From: an uncultured Enterobacterales bacterium
GTDB taxonomy: Bacteria; Myxococcota_A; UBA796; CAJQPC01
Assembly (NCBI GenBank): GCA_964610645.1
Contig: CAZSZE010000016.1
Coordinates: 617 to 64,616 of the forward strand
Direction: 5' to 3'
DNA: 64,000 nt
The position numbers were made by a program, and so were the translations under genes. Positions 17,880-27,574 of this stretch are shown here, one piece after another. The notes under the pieces are model-generated. The model had not been told where the DNA came from. It saw nothing but the letters and a program-made list of their open reading frames with translations, and did no database searches. Each line of letters begins with the position of its first letter. The stretch's first letter is position 1.

Positions 17880-18670
17880 GCACGGTCCTGCTGCAGATCG
17901 AGGAAGGCATCGCCCGAATCACCTTGAACCGACCGGAACGCCGCAACGCCATGGATGCGGAGATGGTGCGGGACTTCCCGGCGGTGGTGGCACAGGTTGC
18001 AGCCGATGATTCGGTGCGGGTGGTGGTGGTGACCGGGGCTGGAAAGTCGTTTTGCTCAGGCGCGGACTTCACCACCTTGCAGTCGCTTTCAAGCGAGAGC
18101 CCGTTGGAAGGCCAGCTGGCGGCCCACAAGTCCATCGAGTCGCTCTACCAGGGGTTTCTGCCGCTTGCGGAGCTGGAGGTGCCGACCATCGCGGCCATCA
18201 ATGGGGCTTGTGTGGGCGGCGGGCTGGGTGTGGCGCTTTTATGCGACATGCGCATCGTGGCGGAGCGGGCGAAGATCGGAGCGAACTTCTCGCGCCTGGG
18301 CATTCACCCGGGCATGGGCATCACCGGCCGGTTGCCGGCGGTCATCGGCTACCCGGCGGCTGCGCGGCTCCTGTTTACTGGGGAGCTGATTCGGGGAAGT
18401 GAAGCGGTGGTCCTTGGCCTGGCCATGGAGGCCGTGGACTTTGATGCGGTGCTGCCGCGAGCCATGGAGCTGGCACAGCAGATTGCCGGGAGCGCTCCTT
18501 TGGCGGTGAAGTGGATCAAGCGCACTCTCAAGAACGTGGTATCGCGGGACATGGGAGATGTCCTGGAGATCGAGGCCATGGCCCAGGCGCTGTTGGCCCA
18601 GTCGGCGGATGCAGCCGAGGGAATCGCTGCGAGCATGCAGGGCCGTCCCCCGCGGTTCAAGGGCAGCTGA
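17876..18670 (+). CDS. enoyl-CoA hydratase/isomerase (crotonase)
   Basis: 264 aa with an ATGA overlap. Motifs LNRPERRNAM, VTGAGKSFCSGADF and AAINGACVGGG. Confidence 0.9.
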   Translation: MSTVLLQIEEGIARITLNRPERRNAMDAEMVRDFPAVVAQVAADDSVRVVVVTGAGKSFCSGADFTTLQSLSSESPLEGQLAAHKSIESLYQGFLPLAELEVPTIAAINGACVGGGLGVALLCDMRIVAERAKIGANFSRLGIHPGMGITGRLPAVIGYPAAARLLFTGELIRGSEAVVLGLAMEAVDFDAVLPRAMELAQQIAGSAPLAVKWIKRTLKNVVSRDMGDVLEIEAMAQALLAQSADAAEGIAASMQGRPPRFKGS

Positions 18671-19644
18671 TGGACTTTGCGTGGACCGAAGAGGAGCAGA
18701 TGGTGCTGGAGTCGGCGGGTACCTTTGCCGAGCGCGCATTGCAGGGGGAGGCGGAGCGGGCGCACGAGGCAGCCGGTGCTCTCTCCCAGGCGGTGCGGGA
18801 CACCTTTGATGCGTCCGGCTTGGGCCAGTTGGCAGCCACGGAGATGGACCCGGATCTGCCGGTGAGTTGGGAAGCGCGGTGCGGGATCCTTCGGATGTTG
18901 GCGCGGGCCGATGGTGCGGCTGCGTTTTCCCTCTGGATGGAGGGTTGGACGGCTTCTGCACTGGCTGCGCTTGGGGCGGAGCCTCGACCGGTGGCCTTTC
19001 AACTGGTGCGGGACAAGGCTGCAATTGCCTGGCCTCTCCCCTGTCTGCCCGTGGGTGCTGCGGAGCATGTCCTGGTCCTCGATGCTGCGGGTGCGTGGGG
19101 GGTGGCCCGCGTTGCTCCCCAATCGATCCAGGCTTTGGGACTCCATGCCGCCGGGCCGGCTCGCTGTGGCTTTGTGGAGTGGGTGGAGGACGGGCAGGCC
19201 CATCCGGAGTTGGCGGATCGCCTCGTGGCCCAGGCCCGGTTGTGGGTGGCGGCGATTCTTGTGGGGTTCAGCGCGGGCGCCACGGACTACACCCACCGGT
19301 ACATCCAGGAGCGGGTGACCTTTGGCCAGCCCCTGTCCCAGCACCAGGGGGCCGCGTTCATGGCGGCCGACATGGCGATTCGGACGGAGGGGGCGGACCT
19401 GTTGTTGCAACGGGCGGCCTGGGGCCTTGAAGCAGACCCGGGCCTGTCGGCCAGCGCCTACATGGAGGCGGTGGAGTCGGCGCTTTTTGTGACCAACACC
19501 GCGGTCCAGCTCCTGGGGGGCCACGGGTACATGAAGGACCACCCGGTGGAGAAGTGGATGCGGGATGCCCGGGCGATTTCATTGATCTGGGGTGGCGTGG
19601 ATGGGGCGCTGGAGAGCGAGGTCGTGGGCGGGAGGGCTGGATGA
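18670..19644 (+). CDS. acyl-CoA dehydrogenase-like small subunit lacking the catalytic Glu
   Basis: 324 aa with a TGATG overlap. ACAD C-terminal domain TDYTHRYIQERVTFGQPLSQHQG. The position of the (Y/V/F)EGT catalytic Glu reads LIWGGVDG. Confidence 0.75.
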   Translation: MDFAWTEEEQMVLESAGTFAERALQGEAERAHEAAGALSQAVRDTFDASGLGQLAATEMDPDLPVSWEARCGILRMLARADGAAAFSLWMEGWTASALAALGAEPRPVAFQLVRDKAAIAWPLPCLPVGAAEHVLVLDAAGAWGVARVAPQSIQALGLHAAGPARCGFVEWVEDGQAHPELADRLVAQARLWVAAILVGFSAGATDYTHRYIQERVTFGQPLSQHQGAAFMAADMAIRTEGADLLLQRAAWGLEADPGLSASAYMEAVESALFVTNTAVQLLGGHGYMKDHPVEKWMRDARAISLIWGGVDGALESEVVGGRAG

Positions 19645-20843
19645 ACTTTGAGATCGACTCCAGCTTCCAGAACCTGCGACAGATGATTGGCATGCTGGGC
19701 AAGGAGCGCCTGCGCCCCCTGGGGCTGGAGGCCGATGCCCAGGGCGGGGCGCTGCCACCGGACCATCCCTTCTTCCAGGAGGTCCTGGACATGGGCCTCA
19801 CCGGAGGATTTCTCGGCAAGACCCCCACCGATCGCCCCGATGACGATGGCCGACCCCGGCGCACCATCCGCCGAGCGGTCGTGATGGCCGAGGAGGCCGC
19901 CTACTGGGACCGGGGCATGGCGACCTCGCTGCCGGGGCCGGGCCTGGGCGGCGCACCCGTGATGCTCATGGGCACGCCGGAGCAGAAGGAGCGCTGGCTG
20001 GCACCGTTCAAGGACCGAAGTCAGCCTCGGTGGAGTGCTTTCGGCATGACCGAGCCAGGGGCGGGCTCCGATGTCGCAAGAATTCGGACCCGTATTCGTG
20101 AGGATGGCGACCATTTCGTCATCGATGGGGAAAAGGTCTTCATCTCCAACGGGGCTCGGGCCTCCTTTGTCGTCTGCTGGGGGACCGTGGACCCGGAAGC
20201 CGGGAGGGACGGCCACCGGGCGGTGGTGGTGGAGGCCGGCACACCGGGGTTCGAGGTAGCCAAGGTGGAAAAGAAGATGGGGCTGTGCGCCTCGGAGACC
20301 GCATCGCTGGTCTTTTCGGAGTGCAGGGTGCCAAAGGAGAACCTGCTGCGGCCCAATACGGACGGGGGAGGGGCCAGCTTCAAGGAGGCCATGAAGACCT
20401 TCGATATGACCCGGCCCATGGTGGCTGCCATGGCGGTGGGAATCGGCCAGGCGGCCCTGGACGAGGCCACGCGGTTTGCCCAGGAGAACTTCACCGGTCC
20501 CGCGGCCTGGCGATTGTCGCGGGTGGAAGATCGCCTGGCCCGCTGTCGCAGAAAACTGGAAATGGGGCGGCTGTATGCCTGGAAGGCAGCTTGGTTGGGG
20601 GACCACAAGCAGCCAAACAGCCTGGCGGCCTCCATGGCCAAGGCGGCCACAGCCCCAATCGCCCTGGAAGTGGCGAGCCTGGGCATGGAAATCCTGGGGG
20701 AGGCCGGGGGGGCCACTGGCCACTTGATCGAGAAGCTGTTCCGGGACGTCAAGGCCCTGGACATCGTAGAAGGCACTGGCCAGATCCAGCGCATTGTCAT
20801 CGCCCGGCGCATGTTCGGGTACAAGGGGAATCGAAATGGCTGA
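19641..20843 (+). CDS. acyl-CoA dehydrogenase, large catalytic subunit
   Basis: 400 aa with an ATGA overlap. Motifs GMTEPGAGSDVA and DGEKVFISNG. The catalytic Glu context DIVEGTGQIQR is present. Confidence 0.9.
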   Translation: MNFEIDSSFQNLRQMIGMLGKERLRPLGLEADAQGGALPPDHPFFQEVLDMGLTGGFLGKTPTDRPDDDGRPRRTIRRAVVMAEEAAYWDRGMATSLPGPGLGGAPVMLMGTPEQKERWLAPFKDRSQPRWSAFGMTEPGAGSDVARIRTRIREDGDHFVIDGEKVFISNGARASFVVCWGTVDPEAGRDGHRAVVVEAGTPGFEVAKVEKKMGLCASETASLVFSECRVPKENLLRPNTDGGGASFKEAMKTFDMTRPMVAAMAVGIGQAALDEATRFAQENFTGPAAWRLSRVEDRLARCRRKLEMGRLYAWKAAWLGDHKQPNSLAASMAKAATAPIALEVASLGMEILGEAGGATGHLIEKLFRDVKALDIVEGTGQIQRIVIARRMFGYKGNRNG

Positions 20844-21960
20844 AATGGGACGAGCCGCGGTCTTTCGCGGAGTGAAGGAACCCTTTGAACTGGCGGAATA
20901 CCCGGTCCCGGATCCGGGCCCGCGGGATCTCGTCGTCAAGATCGAGCGGACCAACATCTGCGGCAGCGATCTCCACATCTGGCGGGGTGACACCAACCTC
21001 GCCAGCATGGGGCTGACCTACGGAATCGTGCTCGGGCACGAAATGACCGGAAAGGTCCACGCCCTGGGTGGCAAGGTACGCACGGATTCCCTCGGGCAGA
21101 CCCTGAAGGAGGGCGACAACGTCGTCTATGCCTACTACTGCCCGTGCTCCCGGTGCCTGCCCTGTCTGAAGGGCGATCCCCACATGTGCATGGCGAGCCT
21201 GAGCAGCCCGGTGCGGCCTTGCGAAATGCCGCCGCATTTTCTGGGTGGTTTTGCCGACTACTACTACGTGAAGGGCCGCCAGGCGGTGTTCAAGGCGCCC
21301 CAGGGCGTGGAGCCAGAGCTGGTGGCTGGCGCCAACTGTGCCTTGTCCCAGGTGATCTACGGGCTTGAGCAGGCCAACCTCCAGTTTGGGGAGTCGGTCG
21401 TGGTGCAGGGCGCAGGGGGCCTGGGGCTCTTTGCCTGTGCGGTGGCCAAGGAGATGGGGGCCGGGAAGGTCATCGCCGTTGATGGCATTGATGCCCGCCT
21501 GGAATTGGCCCGGTCCTTTGGGGCCGACGAGGTGATCTCCATCACCGAGATGACCGATCCCCGTGCCCGGGTTGGCGAGGTCATGAACCTCACCGAGAAT
21601 GCGGGCGCCGACGTGGTGGTGGAGGTGGTTGGCATTCCCGAGGTGGTGCCCGAGGGCGTTCGCATGCTGGCTCGCGGCGGCCGGTACCTGGAAATGGGCA
21701 ACATCAACCCCAAGAAGACCTACAAGGCCGACCCCTCGCTCCTGGTGGGCCAGAACCGGTCCATGATCGGCGTGTCTCTCTACCCGCCCTACACCCTGAA
21801 GCAGGCCCTGGACTTCCTGGTGCGGGCCCGCCACAAGTACCCGTTTGAAAAGCTGCTTTCCCACTCCTTTTCCCTGGACGACATCGACAGTGCGTTTCAG
21901 GAGGCGGATGCCTTTTCCCACCAGCCCGGCGCGGTGGTGCGGGCCTCGGTGGTGCCATGA
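20836..21960 (+). CDS. zinc-dependent alcohol dehydrogenase (MDR family)
   Basis: 374 aa. Motifs GHEMTGKV and GSDLH, structural-Zn cysteines CPCSRCLPCLKGDPHMC, and Rossmann VVVQGAGGLG. Confidence 0.9.
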   Translation: MAEMGRAAVFRGVKEPFELAEYPVPDPGPRDLVVKIERTNICGSDLHIWRGDTNLASMGLTYGIVLGHEMTGKVHALGGKVRTDSLGQTLKEGDNVVYAYYCPCSRCLPCLKGDPHMCMASLSSPVRPCEMPPHFLGGFADYYYVKGRQAVFKAPQGVEPELVAGANCALSQVIYGLEQANLQFGESVVVQGAGGLGLFACAVAKEMGAGKVIAVDGIDARLELARSFGADEVISITEMTDPRARVGEVMNLTENAGADVVVEVVGIPEVVPEGVRMLARGGRYLEMGNINPKKTYKADPSLLVGQNRSMIGVSLYPPYTLKQALDFLVRARHKYPFEKLLSHSFSLDDIDSAFQEADAFSHQPGAVVRASVVP

Positions 21961-23441
21961 GCATCGACCACGGCTGGGCCATTGAAAAGTGCGGCCTTGG
22001 GGGGACACTGCCCATGTGGATTGACGGAGCCCTGGGACCGGCCGATGAAGGCGGTACCCTGGGGGCCACCAACCCCACCACGGGCGAGGAGATCGCCCGC
22101 TTTCCCAACGCCCGGGCATCGGATGTGGGCCGGGCCGTGGCTTCTGCCCGATTGGCGTTCGATACGGGCCCCTGGTGGAACAAGTGGGGCACAAACAAGC
22201 GGGCCCGGTGCCTGAAGAAGCTGGCGGGCCTCGTCAAGGAGCACGAAAAGGTCCTCGCCCGCACCGAGACGATGGACGTGGGCATGCCCTACGGCATGTC
22301 CCTCCGATTTTCTGCGACAGCCCTGCGCAAGAACCTCGAGTACTTTGCGGGCCTGGGCGATGCCCTGCACGGGGAGACCATTCCCCAGGCGTCTCCGACC
22401 CAGCTGGACTACACGCGGCGAGAGCCCCTGGGGGTCGTGGCGGCGATCATTCCCTGGAACACACCGCTCTTGGCCATTGGATCCAAGATCGGCCCGGCGT
22501 TGATGGCCGGGAACACGGTGATTCTCAAGCCATCGGAGAAGGCGAGCCTGTCAGCGCTCAAGGTGGCAGCGCTTGCGGCGGAAGCCGGCTTCCCGGATGG
22601 AGTGCTCCAGGTCATCACGGGCGATGGGGAGACCGGCTCGCTGCTGGTGGGCCACGCGGGCGTGGACAAGGTGAGTTTTACCGGCGGCGGTCGCACGGCG
22701 AGCGCTATTCAGCAGGCCACGGCGGAACAACTGACGCCGCTGACCTTTGAGCTGGGCGGAAAGAGCCCGAACGTGATCTTCGCCGACGCCGACCTGGACA
22801 AGGTGTCCATGCAATCCGCCATGGGGGTCTTTGGGCTCTCGGGGCAGGCCTGCGCAGCGGGCTCCCGGGTGCTTGTCGAGCGATCGATTCATGATCAAGT
22901 CGTGGAAGACCTCGCCCGGGTGGCGGGCAGCCTGGGCCTGGGGGACCCGCTGCAGCCCTACACGATGCTGGGACCCCTCAACAGCGAATCCCATGCCGAA
23001 CACGTGCGATCCATGATCGCGGAAGCCCAGGAGGATGGTGCCACCCTGCACCACGCCACGCCGGTGCCCGAGGAGTGCGGCCCGGCGTTTGTTGGCCCCC
23101 ACCTCTTCACGAACGTCACCCCCGAGATGCGCCTGTGGAAGAACGAGGTCTTCGGTCCCGTGGCCGCGGTCACGGCATTCGACACCGAAGAAGAAGCCCT
23201 CGCCCTGGCCAACGACACGGAGTTCGGCCTCGCCGCCGGCATCTGGACCCGGGATCTCGGCAAGGCCCACCGCATGGCCCACCGCATCCGCGCCGGCGTC
23301 GTCTGGGTCAACTGCTACGGCAGCCTGCCCAACAACGTGCCGTTCGGCGGCTTCAAGAAGAGCGGTGCCGGCCGGGAAGGTGGTATCCACGCCCTGGCGG
23401 AATTCACCCAGGTGAAGAACATCTTGATCGACGTGGGGTAG
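21957..23441 (+). CDS. aldehyde dehydrogenase
   Basis: 494 aa with an ATGA overlap. Motifs FTGGGRTASAI, ELGGKSPNVIF, GLSGQACAAGSR and EVFGPV. Confidence 0.9.
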   Translation: MSIDHGWAIEKCGLGGTLPMWIDGALGPADEGGTLGATNPTTGEEIARFPNARASDVGRAVASARLAFDTGPWWNKWGTNKRARCLKKLAGLVKEHEKVLARTETMDVGMPYGMSLRFSATALRKNLEYFAGLGDALHGETIPQASPTQLDYTRREPLGVVAAIIPWNTPLLAIGSKIGPALMAGNTVILKPSEKASLSALKVAALAAEAGFPDGVLQVITGDGETGSLLVGHAGVDKVSFTGGGRTASAIQQATAEQLTPLTFELGGKSPNVIFADADLDKVSMQSAMGVFGLSGQACAAGSRVLVERSIHDQVVEDLARVAGSLGLGDPLQPYTMLGPLNSESHAEHVRSMIAEAQEDGATLHHATPVPEECGPAFVGPHLFTNVTPEMRLWKNEVFGPVAAVTAFDTEEEALALANDTEFGLAAGIWTRDLGKAHRMAHRIRAGVVWVNCYGSLPNNVPFGGFKKSGAGREGGIHALAEFTQVKNILIDVG

Positions 23442-23721
23442 GGGGGCCGCTACCGTGCGTTCGTGCAGGGTGGTTCGATCTTGGTGTTGCCGCTGGTGCG
23501 CAGGCGGACCGAGTCCGGGGCTGGGGGGGAGCAGCCCGTGGTGAACTCGTCCTGGAAGTACTCGAAGACCCCCAGCTCGTCGCAGCTGTAGTCCCCGTCC
23601 AGCTCGTTGTTCCGGAACTCGTTTCCCCAGGAGGGGCACTCGGGGGTGGGCTTGGTGCAGTCGTCCCGGGCGTCGTGGTTTGGAACGGAGTTGGTGGGGC
23701 TCCGAATGCATCTGATGTTGC

Positions 23722-24312
23722 ATGCGCCTGTTGCGATGCGGCGCAGAAACCTGTTTGTCGATGCGGGAGTGGGGGACCGTGTCTGAGCAGTTCGACCTGT
23801 CCGCAGACACCATTCGGCGGTTGTTCGACCTGTTGGATGGCGAGCTTCGTTCGATGGGGGTTGTGGGCGAGGTCCACCTGGTCGGCGGAGCGGTCATGTG
23901 CCTGGTGTTCGATGCCAGGCCCTCCACGCGGGATGTGAATGCGTGGTTTCATCCTGCCACCGAGCTGCGTGAGGCGGCCGGGCGTGTGGCGGCGGTGGCA
24001 GGGGTACCGGAAGGTTGGCTCAACGATGGAGCGAAGGGCTTTCTCGGTTCGCGGGCGGAATTCGAGCCCTATCTCGACCTGCCAAACCTGCGCCTGTTCA
24101 CGGCTGTACCCGCCTATCTCCTGGCCATGAAGTGCTTGGCAATGCGAATCGGAAAGGGATTTCGCGACGAGGAGGATGTGCGATTCCTGCTGCGGGTACT
24201 CAACATTGAGCGCTACGAGGATGCAGTGGAATTGGTGCTGTCCTACTTCGAGGAGGATCGGATTCCGCCCAAAACATGGCTGGCCCTGGAGGAGATACTG
24301 AGGGGGGATTAG
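23722..24312 (+). CDS. hypothetical protein, possible degenerate nucleotidyltransferase-fold (DUF6036/AbiEii-like)
   Basis: 196 aa. HLVGGAVMCLVFDARPSTRDVN resembles a GG...R.T.D.D minimal NTase motif with the second Asp replaced. The start could be the ATG at 23761. Confidence 0.4.
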   Translation: MRLLRCGAETCLSMREWGTVSEQFDLSADTIRRLFDLLDGELRSMGVVGEVHLVGGAVMCLVFDARPSTRDVNAWFHPATELREAAGRVAAVAGVPEGWLNDGAKGFLGSRAEFEPYLDLPNLRLFTAVPAYLLAMKCLAMRIGKGFRDEEDVRFLLRVLNIERYEDAVELVLSYFEEDRIPPKTWLALEEILRGD

Positions 24313-24322
24313 ACTTGTCGCA

Positions 24323-25513
24323 TCAATTGTCTCGCGGATAGCCGAATTTCCGTCGGGCGAGGATGACGCGCTGGATTTCCCCGGTGCCCTCGAAGATGTC
24401 GAAGACCTTGATGTCCCGGAAGCACTTTTCCACCAGCATGTCGTGGCGCACCCCGACCAGGCCCACCACGTCCATGGCCGCGGTCACCGCGCCGAGTGCT
24501 GCGGGGGGAGAGTAGACCTTGGACATGGAGGCTTCAATCGTGTTGTTCATGCGGTGGTCCATTTTCCAGGCGGCCCGCCAGCACAGGAGGCGGGCTGCAT
24601 CCAGGTGGCGACGGGATTGTGCCAGGCGATCCAGGACCCGGTGCTCCATGGGAGAGGTGGGGTGGGGGCCAAAGGCCTCCCGGGCGACCTCGGCAGCGCG
24701 GTTCCAGGCGCAGCGCCCGATTCCCACCGCCATTGCGGCCACCATGGGACGGGTGATGTCGAAGGTGGCCATGGCCGCCTTGAAGCCCGACTTGCCTGCG
24801 CCGTTGCCGAGCATGTTCTCCGCTGGCACCCGGCAATCCTCCAGGAACAGGGTGGCCGTCTCAGAGGCCGTGAGGCCCATCTTCTTTTCGATTCGCCCCA
24901 GGGTGAATCCTGGGGTGTCCTTTTCCACGATGAAGGCTCGCTGGCCCGCCCGTCCGGCATCGGGATCCACCGTCGCGAAAATCACCACCCAGGAGGCGCG
25001 GCCCCCGTTGGTGATGAACATTTTGTTCCCATCGAGAATGTAGTGGTCCCCGTCCTTGCGGGCGGTGGTGCGGATGCGGGCGATGTCGCTGCCCGCAGCG
25101 GCTTCGGTGGTGGCGTATGCCCCCCAGGCCGGCTTGAGCGGATCCTTGAAAGGGGCCTCCAGGAAGCGCTCCTTTTGTGTATCGGTGCCCAGGATGCGGA
25201 TCGGGGGTCCCCCCAGGCCGGCACCGGGCAAGGACATACAAGCACCCTGGTCCCAGAAGGCCATCTCCTCGGCAGCCAGGATTGCGGACCGGTTGATGCG
25301 GGAGGGTCCCTCTTTGGCGGAGTGTTGTCCGATTCCCACGGCGCCGAAGGTGAGCCCGGTGCGATTGAACTCCACGAACATGGGGTCATCCACAGGGATC
25401 GGTCCCCCGCGGCGTTCTGCGGCGAGCCCTGCCGGGCGGAGCATGGTCCGGCCCACGTAGCGCATCATGCGCAGGACGTTGTGAAAGCCTGCATCGAGTG
25501 TGGTGTCGATCAT
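24323..25513 (-). CDS. acyl-CoA dehydrogenase, large catalytic subunit (paralog of 19641-20843)
   Basis: 396 aa that aligns along its length with the other large subunit. The catalytic Glu context DIFEGTGEIQR is present. Confidence 0.9.
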   Translation of the reverse strand: MIDTTLDAGFHNVLRMMRYVGRTMLRPAGLAAERRGGPIPVDDPMFVEFNRTGLTFGAVGIGQHSAKEGPSRINRSAILAAEEMAFWDQGACMSLPGAGLGGPPIRILGTDTQKERFLEAPFKDPLKPAWGAYATTEAAAGSDIARIRTTARKDGDHYILDGNKMFITNGGRASWVVIFATVDPDAGRAGQRAFIVEKDTPGFTLGRIEKKMGLTASETATLFLEDCRVPAENMLGNGAGKSGFKAAMATFDITRPMVAAMAVGIGRCAWNRAAEVAREAFGPHPTSPMEHRVLDRLAQSRRHLDAARLLCWRAAWKMDHRMNNTIEASMSKVYSPPAALGAVTAAMDVVGLVGVRHDMLVEKCFRDIKVFDIFEGTGEIQRVILARRKFGYPRDN

Positions 25514-26496
25514 CCGTCCACCTCCAGCGGGTCGGAGAGGGTGAGGATGCCCAGGGCGGCATCGTGTTCACTGCGCAGGACACCGCCATAGAGGGCGGCC
25601 ACACAGCGCACATCCCGCATGCGCTTTTCCACCCGGTGGTCATAAAGGTAGCCGTGTCCGCCCAGGGCCTGGACGCTGCGTTCGCAGACCCGGTCCGCCA
25701 CTTCCACAGCCAGGGCGTGGGCATTGGCTGTCTCGATTGGGCACCCCGCGCTGGCCTCCACCAGGAGCCGGGCCGCCGTGAGGTCGGTGGCTGCATCGGC
25801 CAGTTGGAAGGCCATGCCCTGGTGGTGGGCGATGGGGCGACCAAAGACCACGCGCTCCTGGGTGTAGAGGGCTGCGGCGTTGTGGGCATCCTGTGCGGCC
25901 CCAATCAGCACGGTGGCTGCAAGTCGCCGGCACTCGGCCAGGGCATCCCTCGACGCATCCTCATCACCGATGCGCGTGCAGAGGGTGTTCTCCAGGACCA
26001 CCTCCACGCCCCCGCAGGCTTGCAGGCCGCATGGGCGGTCAGCCAGTGCCCGGCAGTCCGGCGTGTCCACGAGGTACAGCCCCTCCTGGGCGACCAGCAC
26101 CAGCCAGTCCAGGGAGTGGCGGGGAATCCAGGGCACAACTCCAGTCACAGCCCCGTCGACGATTTCCAGTCCCTCAGTGGTGCAGAAGGCACCGGTGCCG
26201 GCGGGAAGGTTGGGCACCATCGCCCCCCCAGGCCCCACGGGATCCAGACCGAAGGGGGCTGCGGGGTCTGCCTCGGCCAGGGCCGACCAGACCGCGAGCC
26301 GGTGGCAAGGCTCCAGGCCGGTTTCCGCGCGGTTGAGGTCCGCAAGGCCCAGATCCGCGTAGGCGGCCGCGATCCCGGCAGGAAAGGCCTGGGCCTTTTC
26401 ATGGTCCCGCTCGGCATCTCGCAGGTGTTCCGCGGCGAAACGTGCTGCGGTGTCCTTTAGAAGCTCTTCTTCTTCTTGAATGGCAAAGTCGATCAT
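25510..26496 (-). CDS. acyl-CoA dehydrogenase-like small subunit lacking the catalytic Glu (paralog of 18670-19644)
   Basis: 328 aa with an ATGA overlap onto the large subunit. The catalytic position reads ALYGGVLR. Confidence 0.75.
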   Translation of the reverse strand: MIDFAIQEEEELLKDTAARFAAEHLRDAERDHEKAQAFPAGIAAAYADLGLADLNRAETGLEPCHRLAVWSALAEADPAAPFGLDPVGPGGAMVPNLPAGTGAFCTTEGLEIVDGAVTGVVPWIPRHSLDWLVLVAQEGLYLVDTPDCRALADRPCGLQACGGVEVVLENTLCTRIGDEDASRDALAECRRLAATVLIGAAQDAHNAAALYTQERVVFGRPIAHHQGMAFQLADAATDLTAARLLVEASAGCPIETANAHALAVEVADRVCERSVQALGGHGYLYDHRVEKRMRDVRCVAALYGGVLRSEHDAALGILTLSDPLEVDG

Positions 26497-26507
26497 GATT
26501 TCTTGTG

Positions 26508-27365
26508 TCAGTGGGAGTGATCTTGGAGAAAGGACAGCAGCGCCTCGTTGAACACCGATTCACACTCCACAGAGATGTTGTGTCCCGCTCCCTTGAAGCT
26601 GACCCACTCGGAGCCGGTGAGTCCATCATGCAGAAGCTGTCCGGCCACGTAGGGAATGATCATGTCCCGCGTGCCATGGAGCACCAGGGAGGGGCAGTGG
26701 ATTTCGGCGAGACGTTCCCGAGTCGAGTAGCCAACCGTGGCGTGCCAGGCATAGGCCCGGGCCGGGTCGGCGGTTTGGGTCATGCGCTTGATCAACTTGA
26801 GCAGCCGCTCACCGTTCGGCAGCTCCTCGGAGATCGTGCCGTTCAGCTCCGCCCGGACCGTGGGATCCGCCAGGAAGTCCACCGCCCACTCCACCTTGGA
26901 GCGAAAGGACGTATCTTCCATGGCTTTGTCGAACCCGTGGTGGGCCAGGTGGCTCAGGGCAGCCCCATAGGCGGAACCCCGTTGGCCACTGTGGGAGGTG
27001 GTGGAGGCCAGGACCAGGGAGGTCACCCGTTCCGGATGGGCCAGGGTGTACTGCTGGGCACACATGCCCCCGAGAGAGTGACCGACCAGGTGGAATTTCT
27101 CCAGTCCCGCGGCTTTCCGAACGGCTTCCAGGTCGGCTGCCAACTGCTCGATGGTGAAGTTGCTGGTGGCGGGATCCGAGTCCCCGAATCCCCTGAGATC
27201 GCAGGCCAGAACTCGGAAACCAGCGGAAAGGAGGACATTTTGCTGGGAGGCCCAGAGCTCGCGGCCAAAGCCCAGGCCGTGGAGGAGCACCACCGCCGGG
27301 CCATCTCCGGAGCATTCCGCTGCCAACTGGAGTCCGTCCGCGCTGGTTGCAGTCAATCGGGACAA
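26508..27365 (-). CDS. alpha/beta hydrolase (paralog of 17064-17879)
   Basis: 285 aa. HG box LLHGLGF and nucleophile elbow GHSLGG. Confidence 0.85.
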   Translation of the reverse strand: MSRLTATSADGLQLAAECSGDGPAVVLLHGLGFGRELWASQQNVLLSAGFRVLACDLRGFGDSDPATSNFTIEQLAADLEAVRKAAGLEKFHLVGHSLGGMCAQQYTLAHPERVTSLVLASTTSHSGQRGSAYGAALSHLAHHGFDKAMEDTSFRSKVEWAVDFLADPTVRAELNGTISEELPNGERLLKLIKRMTQTADPARAYAWHATVGYSTRERLAEIHCPSLVLHGTRDMIIPYVAGQLLHDGLTGSEWVSFKGAGHNISVECESVFNEALLSFLQDHSH

Positions 27366-27413
27366 GCCATTGTGCCTTGACAGAAGGGTTTCAGGGTGCG
27401 AAGAAGTATAAAC

Positions 27414-27432
27414 TGTAAGGTGTCACCTTGCA
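27414..27432. promoter_or_regulatory. candidate operator TGTAAGGTG-T-CACCTTGCA (best palindrome of the six)
   Basis: Lies in the divergent region between the hydrolase-ACAD operon and the MerR-crotonase operon. On the minus strand it is followed by TATACT. Confidence 0.6.
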
Positions 27433-27574
27433 CTTTCTAAGAATGGCGATCTCATGAAGTCTGGCCCTTTCTACCTGTTTGAGACCCTGGCGGACGCGTC
27501 TACAGCGGCAGGTGCCACCCCATAGTTTGCTTGACCTGGCCGCCGGGTCGTTCTACTTGAGTCGAGGATTGTCC

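Noticed and set aside
22551-23952. Minus-strand ORFs 22551-23927 (458 aa) and 23404-23952 (182 aa) as real genes filling the ALDH-to-NTase gap.
   Set aside because: Both are Arg/Pro/His-rich and mostly antisense to the well-supported ALDH gene. The only coding-like signal in the gap is in a third frame, which is reported separately as a remnant.
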